Origin: Macrostomum lignano
Taxonomy: Eukaryota
Assembly: GCA_002269645.1 (NCBI GenBank)
Contig: NIVC01000312.1
Coordinates: forward strand, 1 to 64,000
Length of the DNA stretch: 64,000 nt
Reading direction: 5' to 3'
Position 1 is the stretch's first letter; the number at the start of each line of letters is the position of its first letter. A model generated the notes under the pieces. It was not told the DNA's origin. It ran no database searches and worked only from the letters and a program-made list of their open reading frames with translations. The position numbers and the translations under genes are program-made. Positions 32,625 through 44,947 of this stretch are shown one piece after another.

Positions 32625-35251
32625 GAAACTAAAATTTAAAACCTAACTTGAAGGCTGTTGGCTGTCCTAACAGTGAGGCTGTTATCACCAAATGCAGAGC
32701 ACTTATTATGTCTATCCATCGCATCTCCAAACTCACCAAACTCTGCAGCGAGACACTAAAGATGCTGTACAGAGCATATGCTGAGAGCGCCATGACCTAT
32801 GGCGCCCCAATTCTCTAAGTACTCAGAAATGACAGCATTACAAAACTCCAACAAACCCAAAACTTTGCCCTTAGATTATGCCATGGCGTCCCTAGCTATA
32901 TACACAAACTAAATTCCTTCATGAGCTAGCCGAGATGCGAATGGTTGCAGATAGGATCTTGGACCTGGGCATTGGCTGGCTTCGTAAGGCGCAAAATGCT
33001 AACCTTCACGAATTTCGGATTGAACCGGACCTACCCCACAGATAATATAAACACTAGATAGGCCACTCCACAGATACTATAAACACTAGATAGGCCACTC
33101 CAGCTAATTTTCACAACACGACAGTTTACTCTACTTTCTGCTTAGTAGTAGTAAAAACATTTTAGCGTTATTTATATTTTTTAAAAATAAAAAAAACAGA
33201 TTAATGCAATGCAGCAATTGTATTGATTTTTTTGCAAAAAGAAACTTATAATTATACTTTCTACAATTCAAAGCAACATTGTGAATGCTTTAGATTGCAT
33301 AGAAGGCTATATTATTGCAGTCAACTATTGTATATTTAGCAAATACGAGCTATATCATATACTCCATAATCCATATTCGTGTAGCAAAATAGAAAGATTT
33401 CTCATCCTAATCAGCTCATCTGTTTGTGAAACTCGCAGCGTGCTGTTGAAGAACAGGGTCGCCAGTCGCCCTTGTTCAGAGGCAGCATTCAGAACGGCCC
33501 AACTGATGAAAAAAACTGGCGAATGCGCCACTTCAAGGTCCAGGGATGTATCCGATGGAGAGCCAATCCTCAGTGGTTTCGTAACACGCAGCCGATAAGC
33601 AGCAGGACTTTTGTGGTGCAGTTGCAATGAGCTGCTGATGAGATGACATCTTTTGACCAGAGCACCCCTGACTGCGAGCGCCCTGCCGCCCAGTCGACCG
33701 CTGGAAGCTGCGCTAGCCACGCCTCCACAGTCCATGGATGCACGACTGCGCTGCACTTGCCTTGACCATCGAGAGTTGCCGCTGCAGCCGCTTGATTTGC
33801 CTGTCGCTTTCGGGATTGCCGCTGCAGCCGCTTGATTTGCCTGTCGTTTTCGGGATTGCCGCTGCAGCCGCTTGATTTGCCTGTCGCTTTCGGGATTGCC
33901 GCTGCAGCCGCTTGATTCGCCTGTCACTTTCGGCCTCGGGATCGTTGCTGCAGCCGCTTGATTCGCCTGTCACTTTCGGCCTCGGGATCGTTGCTGCAGC
34001 CGCTTGATCGTTGTCTCTAGCGCTTGGAACCCGCGAATCGGCTGCAGAGGTGAGAGCTTTCAGCCGCAACAGCTGTTCTCGGCGCAGAATCTGGTAGCCG
34101 AAGGTTGCTCTGCCACAGCACTGGCAGCAGGCAAGTCGCAGGCTTGGCTGCAGATAGATTGCTAATTGGCCCCAGCACTGTAGGGTACATGTCGTCTGCC
34201 TCTTCATCGTTTATCAGTCCTTTGCACAGAGGGTAGCTGGTCTATTTGAACGAGCCGAGGCAGCATCAACTCTTGGTGTGGGATTGCGTCCCAGCGAAAA
34301 CAGATGTCTTGCACATCCGTGGCACTTTGTAAGGCAGCAGTAGGCCTCGTCCATAAAGTGCAAGCTGAACACACGTAGGCCCCGTGATTTAATTGTTTAT
34401 AAAGGTCAACATCCACGCTCCTGCAGTAGCTGCTGCCAGCGCTTCGCCAGTGTCATCTTTTGGTAATTTATGCATTCGCAACGGATTTTTCTTTCTCGGA
34501 TGTTAATAGCACTAGTACAAAGCTCGTGCAAGTGGGAACACAGCAGTGGTTCGAATCAAAACATTTCTCGAGTACAAGATTAGATAGAAAAGCTAGTATG
34601 CACTCGAACTTTCTTTAACTCTGACTCTTGTCCTGTTCATCTATATAAGCTTGTATTTAAGCACGATTCGCCACCCCCAAATTTTCTAACCCACAACCTC
34701 TCAACCCCCACCCCTAACCCAGGCTAGCTATGTGCAGTCCTTTATTTTCTATCCCACCACCAGTGGGCCTAAATTATCGATCCACTCACCCTGCCTTATA
34801 CGAAACTGATATTAACCCTATTCCAGACTACCCCCCTTCCTCCAATTTGAAAGATAGCGGCATTGCACACTGTCTGTCGCGTCTTAATGTACACCATTAC
34901 TGTACAAACAAGTTAGTTGTTTATGGCGTTAGCAAAACGATGTCTTAAAAACAGTCACTCGATTTGTCTAATTTAGCAAATAATACTGTTGCTTCCTTTC
35001 ATTGCTACTAAGCAGAAAGTAGAATAAAAAACTTGCCCAGAAAATTAGCCTGAGTGGCCTATCTAGTGTTTATAGTATCTGTGACCTACCCAGAGCAGCC
35101 CAGAGAGACCCACCAATCTTAACAAGCTATGGTGCAAACAGAAGGAGCGGGCCGCCTCTGCACCTCCGATCCAGCCTAGACTAGCAAATAAAGCAAAAAG
35201 AACATTAAGCAACAACGAAGGAAGCTAACAACAAACAGCAAAAAACTTGCC
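32625..35251 (+). mobile_element. 5'-truncated LINE (insert C), related to B, interrupted by P-like copy 2
   Basis: KMLYRAYAESAMTYGAPIL*...KLQQTQNFALRLCHGVPSYIH; A-rich tail at ~35185-35245; 10-bp candidate TSD GAAGAGATTC (32615-32624 / 35252-35261). Confidence 0.7.
33037..35083 (-). mobile_element. Non-autonomous P-like element, copy 2 (inverted)
   Basis: Near-identical reverse complement of 7686-9737; 8-bp TSD ACCTACCC (33029-33036 / 35084-35091); the first 32 bp of one TIR are tandemly duplicated. Confidence 0.88.
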
Positions 35252-36559
35252 GAAGAGATTCAGAGCGGCACCCAAGCTAAATCCACGTGGTGAATTGTTG
35301 CGCAGGTCCCACACTGTGGATAACCTATCTTGCAATGTCACTCAGGCACACCACGATTTCAGCCAGGAACCCGCGTCGGGCCCGCAGACCCTAACCTGGC
35401 AGACCTTGAAAGGCCCTTATCTTGTGCCCAGCTCGATTTTCGTTGTATACCCACGAAAAAAATCACGCATCCCGTGTCTGAACCCGATTCAGATATTTCT
35501 TCTACTTTTCACTTCTTATAGTAGCATCTAAAGAAGAAGCCGTTATAATTTACTAAAACGACGAAAATAAAATTTAAAAAGAATGCCACCATTTGGGCTG
35601 GAGCAGTGCACAAGCTCACTCTCATCCATTTTCAGGCTCTCAATTATCTGACTCACAAATATCTATTAAACAAAATAAATAGCCTTTACTACCTTTATAC
35701 TTCAAATTGCTTTTATTGTACTGTGACGGTGTCAAATTCGGTTAAATACTTTATGGATTTTTCAAGCATAAAATTTGTGATTTTTAATGTAATTTTGATT
35801 CACTAACCTGATATATTTATATCTAATGTAATCGATACTTAAGTTTGTTTTAATCGTATCTCAAAATGAATTATTTTGAAAGTAATTATTGTGTCTCTTT
35901 TTACCGTCTGTCATTCGCGGGCTCTAGCATTGTCTTGTGGACCAATCAACTCCATTTATTACGCGCTAGACTGAAGGCCCTTCATAATACTACTGTGTTT
36001 GACCGCTACAGAAGTCCACTCCTTCGTCTGTAAAGCGATCCTGTCAATTAAATAAAAATAAATTATACATTCTCAGCTAAAACTAAAAAAACCCACTACG
36101 ACTACTGCTCGCTTCGTCACAGTACTACATCTAAATGCTTGTTACTTACAAAATCAAAATAATGCGACACACACAATACTAAAAATGTAATTTTTATTCT
36201 CAATATTATACATTGATATTTGATTTTTTATTAACAAATACTATACGTAGCTTTTAAACTCATTCCAACTCAAAAGGATCCCCTTCCCCAGATTTTTATC
36301 CCTAATATTTCCTTTTTGAGTAAAATATTCAAAAAATACTTTTATGTTCATTTTTATATTCATTTTCAATGTTTTACAGTTTTACACATTTTCCCTCAAA
36401 AATAAGCTTTTTATACAAAATAACCATTATCGCAAACCTTCAAATAATGCTCGTTTTAATAAAAATTTATAAATATATATATATTGCGGCAGAGCCCCTC
36501 CAAGGGCTGACCCGCGACCTAATACTTTTAAGGTCAACGCGTATTAGCAACAACAAAAT

Positions 36560-36900
36560 TTAAAACCTAAACGTTAGGATCCAGCGTAGGGTTTAAGGGA
36601 GGCGTTGCTGCCCATTTTGCTAAACCCTGGTGACCAAGGGCAAGCTTAAGATCCGGTGGTGCTTGTGTCCGCAGCGCTGTCCCCGAATGTCGCTCGACCG
36701 GTAGCCCTTAGGTAGCGGATAAGCTGGCAGAGATTCTCGGGCCTGAAAACGTCGGAGAGATCCGGGTTTGGGCCGAGGTAGGTGAGCCTGTCCTGAGTAA
36801 AGGCGGGGCATTCACAAATGAAGTGCTCCGCATTCTCAACATCGGAGAGGCATATGGGCATTGCTCCATGCGGATTTTTCCCTAGAGGTAGCGATGCCAT
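36560..36900 (-). mobile_element. 3' fragment of an I/R1/Loa-group LINE
   Basis: C-terminal Cys/His motif PICLSDVENAEHFICECPAF...RLTYLG, followed by a short 3' UTR. Confidence 0.75.
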
Positions 36901-37448
36901 AGCTTATGACTGATTAAAAAAATGAGGTGGAAATCATGTTTTCTGGGATAGGCTCGTAGAATTGAAACATTTTTTCACCTGTAACAAAAAATCTCAAGTT
37001 TTTATTTCGTTTTCGGCATGTTGACGCTGAAAGTCACGATACTGACAGCTCACCAGCTGGTTATTTGCGACTTTGCCTGGCTTACAATTGCACTGCGAAA
37101 ATCGTGAAACAGTTGAAAGTTTTTTGTTACCATGGAGCGGAGAAAAAAAGTGTAGACTAAACAAAACTGTTTTTTTGGTTGTCGAAGAGATGCGCATGAT
37201 TGCTTTCAATTTCGGATTTTTTAACGCCGCTTGTGGTATCTGTAAAATTAATTTTTGCAGTTTTTAAGAAAAAATGTTCTGAACAAGATAATTTAAAGTG
37301 TAATAAAAAACAACTAATGAAGTCAAGTTTTTTTCATTCGTTACCACCACAGCACACAAAAACTATCTGAGAGACTTATGTAGAGGCCAGGACACTTATT
37401 GAGATCAAGACACTGTTCTTAACAGCATCAGTATTTAGATCAAGACAA

Positions 37449-37750
37449 CTTGAGATCAGGACACTGCTTTTGAGATTAGGACACTGCTTTTGAGATCAGG
37501 ACACTGCTTTTGAGATTAGGACACTGCTTTTGAGATCAGGACACTGCTTTTGAGATTACGACACTGCTTTTGAGATCAGGACACTGCTTTTGAGATTACG
37601 ACACTGCTTTTGAGATCAGGACACTGCTTTTGAGATTACGACACTGCTTTTGAGATCAGGACACTGCTTTTGAGATTAGGACACTGCTTTTGAGATCAGG
37701 ACACTGCTTTTGAGATTACGACACTGCTTTTGAGATCAGGACTGCTTTTG
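37449..37750. repeat. 20-bp minisatellite (ACACTGCTTTTGAGATCAGG) with alternating variants
   Basis: ~14 units; ATCAGG alternates with ATTAGG/ATTACG. Confidence 0.95.
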
Positions 37751-40248
37751 AAAACTCAAAAAGTCCTGAGCTTTTGATATCAGAACACTGCTGAGTTTTG
37801 AGTTTTGAGTTTCAGGACTCTGTAGCATGCAGGCTGCTGTAGCATGCATGATTTTAAGGTCTTTAACATCATTTTTGCAAAGTAATCTAGAAAGCAACAG
37901 ACAAACAGCGAAACAGATTCGCAGTTCAGTAATGTCAGTTACAGTATTCTGCAGCAGCATCGAAATTTTGATTCGTTTTCGTCAACGGCAGCACCAGCAA
38001 AGTGGCCAGATTCTGCGTCGCCTCCGTTGTATCCTTGGTTGTCATGCCCCTCCTCCGCCTGACCACCATTTGTGTGATTATTCACAAAGTACTCGCTCTT
38101 CTCATCTACACTTTGAACTATGTACTGCTCCTGCAACACCTGCTGTCTCTGCCGTTCCTGCTGCTGCTTCTGTCTTTGCTGCTCTTGCAATCTCCGTTGC
38201 TGTTCTAGCAACTGTTGCTGTCTCTGCCGTTCCAGCAACTGTTGCTGTCTCTGCTGCTCCTGTTGCTGCTTCTGTCTTTGCTGCTCCTGTTGCTGCTTCT
38301 GTCTTTGCTGCTTTTCCAATCGCTGCTGATTATGCAGCAACTGTTGCTGTCTCTGCTGCTCCTGTTGCTGCTTCTGTCTTTGCTGCTCTTGCAATCTCTG
38401 TTGCTGTTCTAGCAACTGTTGCTGTCTCTGTTGCTCCAGCAACTGTTGCTGTCTCTGCTGCTCCTGTTGCTGTCTCTGCTGCTCCTGTTGCTGCTTCTGT
38501 CTTTGCTGCTCCTGTTGCTGCTTCTGTCTTTGCTGCTCCTGTTGCTGCTTCTGTCTTTGCTGCTCTTGCAATCGCTTTTGATGTTCCAGCAACTCTTGCT
38601 GTCTCTGCTTCTCCTGCAACTGTTGCTGTCTCTGCTGCTCCAGCAACTCTTGCTGTCTCTGCTGCTCCAGCAACTGTTGCTGTCTCTGCTGCTCCTGCAA
38701 CTCTTGCTGTCTCTGCTGCTCCTGCAACATCTGCTTTAGCTGCTGCTCCTGCAAAATCTGCTTTCGCTGCTGCTCCTGCAACATTTGCTTTCGCTGCTGC
38801 TCCTGCAACATCTGCATTTGCCGCTGCTCATGCAACATCTGCATTTGCCACTGCTCCTGCAAATTCTCCTTGCGCTGCTGCTCCAGCAACTTCTGTTTCT
38901 TAAGAGCTTCGGCAGCATAATTTTTGGCTGGCACATAATGCAGGTGAAAGTTTCCTTGTCCTCTCGTGTACAGACAAATTCTTTTGCCAGTAAATGTTCT
39001 TCCAAATCCGTACTCCTCCAGTTGCTGCACTTGTCTGATCTCAATATCCATTACAAATATGTATCCCGCAATGCTCAGCAACTGAGGCAGCTTCACGCCA
39101 ACTAGACTCAAATTCCTACCAGCGTCGACAAAACTCAGACTGATGATGTCGAATGGTTGAGCCGTTAGCTTTCGGTCAAGCACAAAGTCCTCCATGGGCA
39201 TTTCAATGAACTCCCGTCTCGATGTGTTGAAACACCAATCCGATGTGGCCTGTGCGAATTCGCCGTCAAAAGCGCTCCAGTCCCAGGGAAACGCGTCAAC
39301 TCCAATGCAGCTCAGCTGCAGCAGCCTACCGCTGTGCACCTGACTAACCTCGCCTCTGTGTACAACATCTTTGATGGCTCTGACGACTCCAAGCAGGTCG
39401 CTGCCGGGACCGCAACCGAGCGACAAGATCCGGATCTCCCGAGGCTGCGACTCGCTGCAAACTGACTGCCAGTGTTGCTACAGGCATTTGAAAAAAAATA
39501 GACGCAGCCGATAAAAAAAACGCAGGCAGTACTAAAAATTATAATGAAGCTCAGAACTACTCTATTGTACATTCATGCCTCTGCCCTGCCTACGTGGGTG
39601 TGCTCTGTGTTTTTGCATATGTACACGGCACCGTGTAAAGAAACAATTTTCTTAACAAATCCGAAGCCTGCTGTCCTTAATTTTTAGATGCGAACTGCTA
39701 GTACATTACATGTTAGATGCCAGTCAGTAGCTAATACAAGTATTAAGAAGCTGTTCTCGAGTTGCACAACTGCAGGCTGTACCCTTGTCTGTTGAGCAAA
39801 TAATGATGAACGACATCAAGGAGTTCGGGGAACAAATTTACATTGCACTATTAGTAGAATACAGAGAAATGATCTAGGCCCTGAAACATCCTAGCACTGT
39901 GCCCTGGATCACATACAACTATACTGTATAAATGCACACAAGTGACTAGCAGCCCTAGGATGATTAACAACAAGATACATTAGCAACGAAACATGTTCTT
40001 ATATCTAATGCATAATAGAAAATCACGACGATGCTGAGCAATACGATAGTAAAAAGGCTGAGAGTACATCAGTACATTTTATTCCAAAATCAACACGGCT
40101 ACCAGCCAACCAGCAGATGTCATAAATGGTCACATGCAAAAATTTATGTATTTCCTCTTTAATCAGCAGCGGCCAGCGAGTGCACAAAAATTGGCCGATG
40201 GATATTGGCTAACAGACAAACTAGGATACGCAACTTATCCTGCACTTA

Positions 40249-40609
40249 TTGGGTTGTCCAGAAAGTTCTGTCCGATTTTTTCACATGGTCTAACTTCCTT
40301 ATACTAAAACTTACTTATCTATTATCCATTGTTGTTCATATTTGCCTATTAGCAATACATGTTACTCACCTTTCTACCACCACCTGCATCTAACTGAAAG
40401 TTGCTTCTTTCCAGCAAAGAATGGCACATGATAATGAGCACCTTTTGCACTGCTTGCTCTATCTATCTATTCCGCGCCATTGACCGGCATCTGCAAGGCA
40501 AGAGCTTCAACAACGAACTGGCCCTCATCTCGGAGATCGGCAACTTTTTCGACTCGACGAACATTTGTATAAAAAAATGGACAGAACTTTCTAGACATTG
40601 GACAACCTA
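40249..40609 (+). mobile_element. Mariner deletion derivative (~360 bp) nested in the hAT
   Basis: TA-flanked TIR TTGGGTTGTCCAGAAAGTTCTGTCCGATTTTT; the right TIR carries a 7-bp insertion; remnants NEHLLHCLLY (N-terminus) and FRAIDRHLQGKSF...FFDS (C-terminus). Confidence 0.75.
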
Positions 40610-41176
40610 TACATATAAGAGCGACAGTGAGTACGTATACGTGCAATATGTGTATCTCGATCGATGGCCGATGCAAACATACATGGAAACAGCACGACAA
40701 CAACAATGCAACAACTTGAAGAATAAATGTAAAAATTCATGTCATCTGTTACTCTTTCAGTTCTCACTGTCTCTACACTCTCAGTCACTCAAAGAGCAAG
40801 ATTGCGAGCATAGCTGTTCGTAATAAAATGCATGTAAAATAAAACTGATGCCTAGATCATACCTGGATGCATCTTTGTTGCAAACCCTGTATCCCCATAT
40901 GCAGTGTTTGGCAAAGTTCATTTTTGGAAAAGTTCAATTCATTTTTAAAATGATATTGAAAGAATAGCAGAATGAGATCATTTTTAACTGTTTGGCAGTA
41001 GAATGAGGTAAAGAAATGGTTGTTACTCGAGCATGACTGACCAAGTAGGAAATGCCCTTGCATAAAGTTCAAAAGTTCGTTGTACGAAAGTTCCTTTTTC
41101 GTGAACTTGCCCAACACTGCCTATCTATTTATGTCTATGTAAGCCCAAAAATCATTGTTACCAAAAGTTACCGGCG

Positions 41177-43634
41177 TCACTTTTTGAAATAACTGGCGAT
41201 GGTAGACTTGGTCGCCTTCTCCTCCAACTTTCTCTTTTTCTCTTTGAGGCCCTCAGTCTCCTTCTCCAGTGTCTTGCGCTCAATCGCTAGGGCAGCTACC
41301 TGTCGCTGATATTCGTCAAGCATTGCGGCAGCTCTGTCCGCTTGCGCATCTACCTCCAGTCTCCTCTTCCGTATGCTCTCCTCCTTTGCCTGCAACTGTG
41401 CAGAGTGTGTTGCCTTCTTAATTTCCTGTGCAATTTCTACTGCCAACTCTCTCTCCTTTGCCAACTTCTTCTGCTTCTCCTCATTCTCCTCCCGCTGCCG
41501 CTCCAGGTGCTGCTTCCAGCTGTGCCGAGCATGAAAGCCTGCGTTGATGTACGCGTCATTGAAGTGAAACGTTTCACAAGTCAAACCGGTCGACTTCAGG
41601 AAACCTCGGGTAAGCAGACAGCCATCTATGGTGCGGATGTCCAGATTGCTTCTTTTCTTTGAAAAAAGGTCTGTAAGATCGGCAAACACACGCTCCACTG
41701 CCGCATTGCCATGCGGGATGGAAAGAGCGGCAAGCACCAATTTGCGCAGTGCAGGGTATTCGTACACACTACCTTCCTCCGCAGTACCAACACCGCTCAG
41801 TGTAGCATTTACGACTGGAAGCCAGAAATCAAGTACCTCAACGTCCTGCAGCTTATCACAGTCTTTCGAACACAGTGCCAATGAAAGTCGCCGAAAGTCA
41901 GTGTCAATGGTCGAAATGTCTTGCTCCGAGAAATGCATTTCTTTAGCCAATCCAACCGGGTACGAGCTGTCAACCAACGAAACCTTCGATTGGTCAAGAA
42001 ATTGTGCGCACCTCAAAGCAGCATTTGCCAGTGGGAGATGGGATTGGAGGTATTGTGTCAGCTCGTTGTAGAACTGTCTCGCGCGCACGATACAGACCTT
42101 CTTGACATCAGCACTCTCACGAGTCGAAAGAAAGTTGCGCGCCTTCTCGCCAATGAAGACTTGATTGTCTGGTAAGCATGCTTCAAATGGGAACTTCATT
42201 CTAGATAAATGCTTGGCATTAGAAGCCACGTGCTCCTTTGTTAAGAAGCAGGCCAGTAGTTCCTTGAACAACATACGGAGCTCAATGTACATCAAATGGA
42301 TCTTGACGTTGTTACCTTGGAATGCTTTCTCAAACTTGTCCAACATTGGCAGCACAGCCTGGAGGAAAAGAAGATCGAATTCAACTTCATCATCAGCTAG
42401 GAGTGACTGGATAGACTGGACCGATTCTTTTTTCAAATCATTGGGATTTTCCAGGCGCAGCCTCTTTAGAAAAAACTCACGGAGTCCTTCCAACTGCTCA
42501 ACAAGCCTGTTAACCACCGGCAAAAGCTGTATCCACCTAGTTTCAACACGTCGCAAAAACCTGTGCGACTGCAATTCAAGCATGTCTTGCACATGCTCGT
42601 ACCTAGTCCAGCGAGATGTGTACAGAAAGTACGAGTGAACAAGATCAGCCAGGTTTTCGGCTTTTTTCCCGAGCTTGTCACATGCAGCCCGCGCGGCATT
42701 CGAAACATGGTGGAGTGAGCACGTGGCCATTTTGAGTAGATGGGGTGCATGTTTGTCCATGAGGGTGTGGAACCCACCATGCCGCCCTGTCATCACCGAT
42801 GGGCCATCAGACATAACACAGACGCACGATTTGAACCGAAGGCCTAATTCGTTGCAGGTGTTCGCGACGGCAGCTTCCAGAGTTGCGGCTCGCCCATCAG
42901 GAATGCTCACAGTCTTGAGAGGCAGTATGAGAAGTTTCTTCTTCGTGATGGAAATGAATGACACTACAATACTTAGAAACTTCTGCGAGCCCATCGCCTG
43001 GTTAGATTCGTCTATGGCTAGGCTAAAATAGCCGCTTCCAGAGTTAATGTCTTGTATAATTTCATTCCGAATGGTTGGAGCGATTGCCTCTGTTACCAAG
43101 TAGGTGGTCTTCTGCCGCTGGCATTTGAATTTTTGGGCAATTTGGCTGTCCGGAAACATGGTCTTGTATATTCCGTGGTCAGCAGAGGCGAATGACCGAT
43201 GGTGCTCCACAATATTCAGAGCGTGCCTCAGCTCGGCCTTCATGACTTTGGCATCTAAAGTGCTTGGCTTTTCAGTTGTGGTATCGCTATTTGTGCCATC
43301 AGCACTAGGATTGGAGGTTGACGACCTCTGGGGCTTGAAATAAAAATTGATGGACGTCGCCGAGCTTTCCTTTTGGAGCTTGAGCATATAGCGATCAGAA
43401 TGCTTCTTGCTCTTCGCATGATTTTCTACCGCTCCAAAGCCAGCTGAGCCGATTTGGAAATCTTTGGCACAAATTGAGCCGTAGGCCCGACAAGCGTCTT
43501 TTGGGTCAGGCTGGAGCACAGAATATAGATCTATGTTCTGTGGGCTGGAGCCAGAGGCTGCACTGCTGGTTATGGGCCGTTCGGTTGCACCAGGAGTCCA
43601 CAAACTTTGTGGCTCGAACTTTCGATAGCGACAT
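41177..43634 (-). pseudogene. hAT transposase (ZNF862-like), frameshifted near the 5' end by a 34-bp insertion
   Basis: BED-like finger (AYGSIC...NHAKSKKH), IDES, SDGPSVM, CSLH, TRW, VERVF. The likely true ATG at 43634 is in frame only if 43517-43550 is removed; the tracked 808-aa ORF starts at a TTG. Confidence 0.85.
43517..43542. mobile_element. 26-bp palindromic P-type transposon excision footprint (or minimal element)
   Basis: CACAGAATATAGATCTATGTTCTGTG flanked by the 8-bp TSD GGCTGGAG (43509-43516 / 43543-43550). Confidence 0.75.
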
Positions 43635-44947
43635 GAATGATGAAGGGCAGTTGAAGCTCGCTGAAATGGACATATTACAATTGTTGCGTTACCAAATTAA
43701 TTTAATTGAGCTTATGAAGTTGGCTGCTAAAATGGTCTTCGAGGTTGTGAATTTTCGAGCCTATGAAGTTTCGGATTTATGAAAGGATGTGCTTTTCGAG
43801 GTTGTGAAATTTCGAGCTTGTGAAGCGACCCCAAATGCAGGAAGTAGTTTTCTTTGTATTTTTCAAACAATGGATTTTAAGATAAACAAAGCTGATGCAA
43901 CAAACATAAAACGTGGGATTTTAGATAATACAACAGCAAAAAGGACCACTTAAGTCACCAACAAAACAGCTAGCAAGTAAAAACGCAGAATGAAAAAAAA
44001 CGCAGAAAAAAACGCACAAACGCAGATTTTTCAAAGAAAAAACGCAGCTGCGTTAAAAACGCAGCCTGTAGCAACACTGCTGACTGCAGAAGTTGCTTCA
44101 CCTCGTCTCGTATTTGCGTCTGCACGAGCCTAGACTTGCGTATAAACTCTTTCTGTGTATAAGCCTTGCGGAATTCCGGGTCGCTGTAGAATCTCAAGTC
44201 CTCTTTGTGCTTGGCATCAAGCCATTCCTGGTAAATTGGACAGTCCATGATCTTTTGCTCTGGCTCTACTCGTAGGATTTCAGCTCTCTGCTTTGCATCT
44301 GCCTCCTTTTGATACGCAGACTTGTGCAAATACATTTATTTCTTGGAAATTCCAGTCAAGTCTCAGTAGTGCACACAATGTACACAATATCTACGCATTA
44401 ATCTCTGTTCTCAGCCGAGTTTACAATTAGGCCCTTACAGTACCGGTAAATTGCGCCAAATTTTCAGCCAGACGTTATTTTTTTGTATCCAATAGCTCTT
44501 TAGTAGAACGCACAGGCCTACAGGTTGCAGAAGCGCAAATTGGAGACTCTCTTTTTGACCTCTCAGAAAGTCTTATCGTATTGAAACATAGCCAACCCAA
44601 TTGTCTCTTAATTTAGCCATAGTACGAGCTGGGATTTTACAATATAGTATATGCTATAATTATACCCATACTCTAAGGGCGTAAATGGGAAATCAGAGGG
44701 TGCCGTCGTGCTGGAGGAGCTGGATTAAGTGACAAAAAATTATTAAAGTCTGCGACACGATAGGAATTTTCTCACTGGATTTTGATTTGAACTCATTTTT
44801 ACGAGCATAGCATCAGCTTTGATGTCAATTTATTATAACCAAAGCACAAGCTACAATGCTTGAGTGATTCATTGAAAATGAAAAGAACCAAACGAATCTA
44901 TCAATCATTGTTTATAGGCCATTTTGTTGTCAAGCAATTGCGTTTCG

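Larger units (their letters stand above)
39470..44079 (-). mobile_element. hAT DNA transposon (4610 bp)
   Basis: 16-bp perfect TIR CAGTGTTGCTACAGGC; 8-bp TSD CTGACTGC (39462-39469 / 44080-44087); AAACGCAG subterminal repeats; transposase ORF. Confidence 0.95.
37939..44335 (-). pseudogene. Methyltransferase/poly-Gln paralogue 2, split by the hAT insertion (5' part 44080-44335, 3' part 37939-39469)
   Basis: Both halves are near-identical to paralogue 1; removing 39470-44079 and one TSD restores LLQSVCSESQPREIRILSLGCGPG. Confidence 0.9.

Noticed and set aside
37449-37750. CRISPR array (also 45265-45728 and 61920-62775)
   Set aside because: Contiguous repeats without unique spacers, no cas genes, eukaryotic context.
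41177-43603. Intact 808-aa hAT transposase
   Set aside because: Starts at TTG; the probable ATG (43634) is out of frame because of the 34-bp scar.
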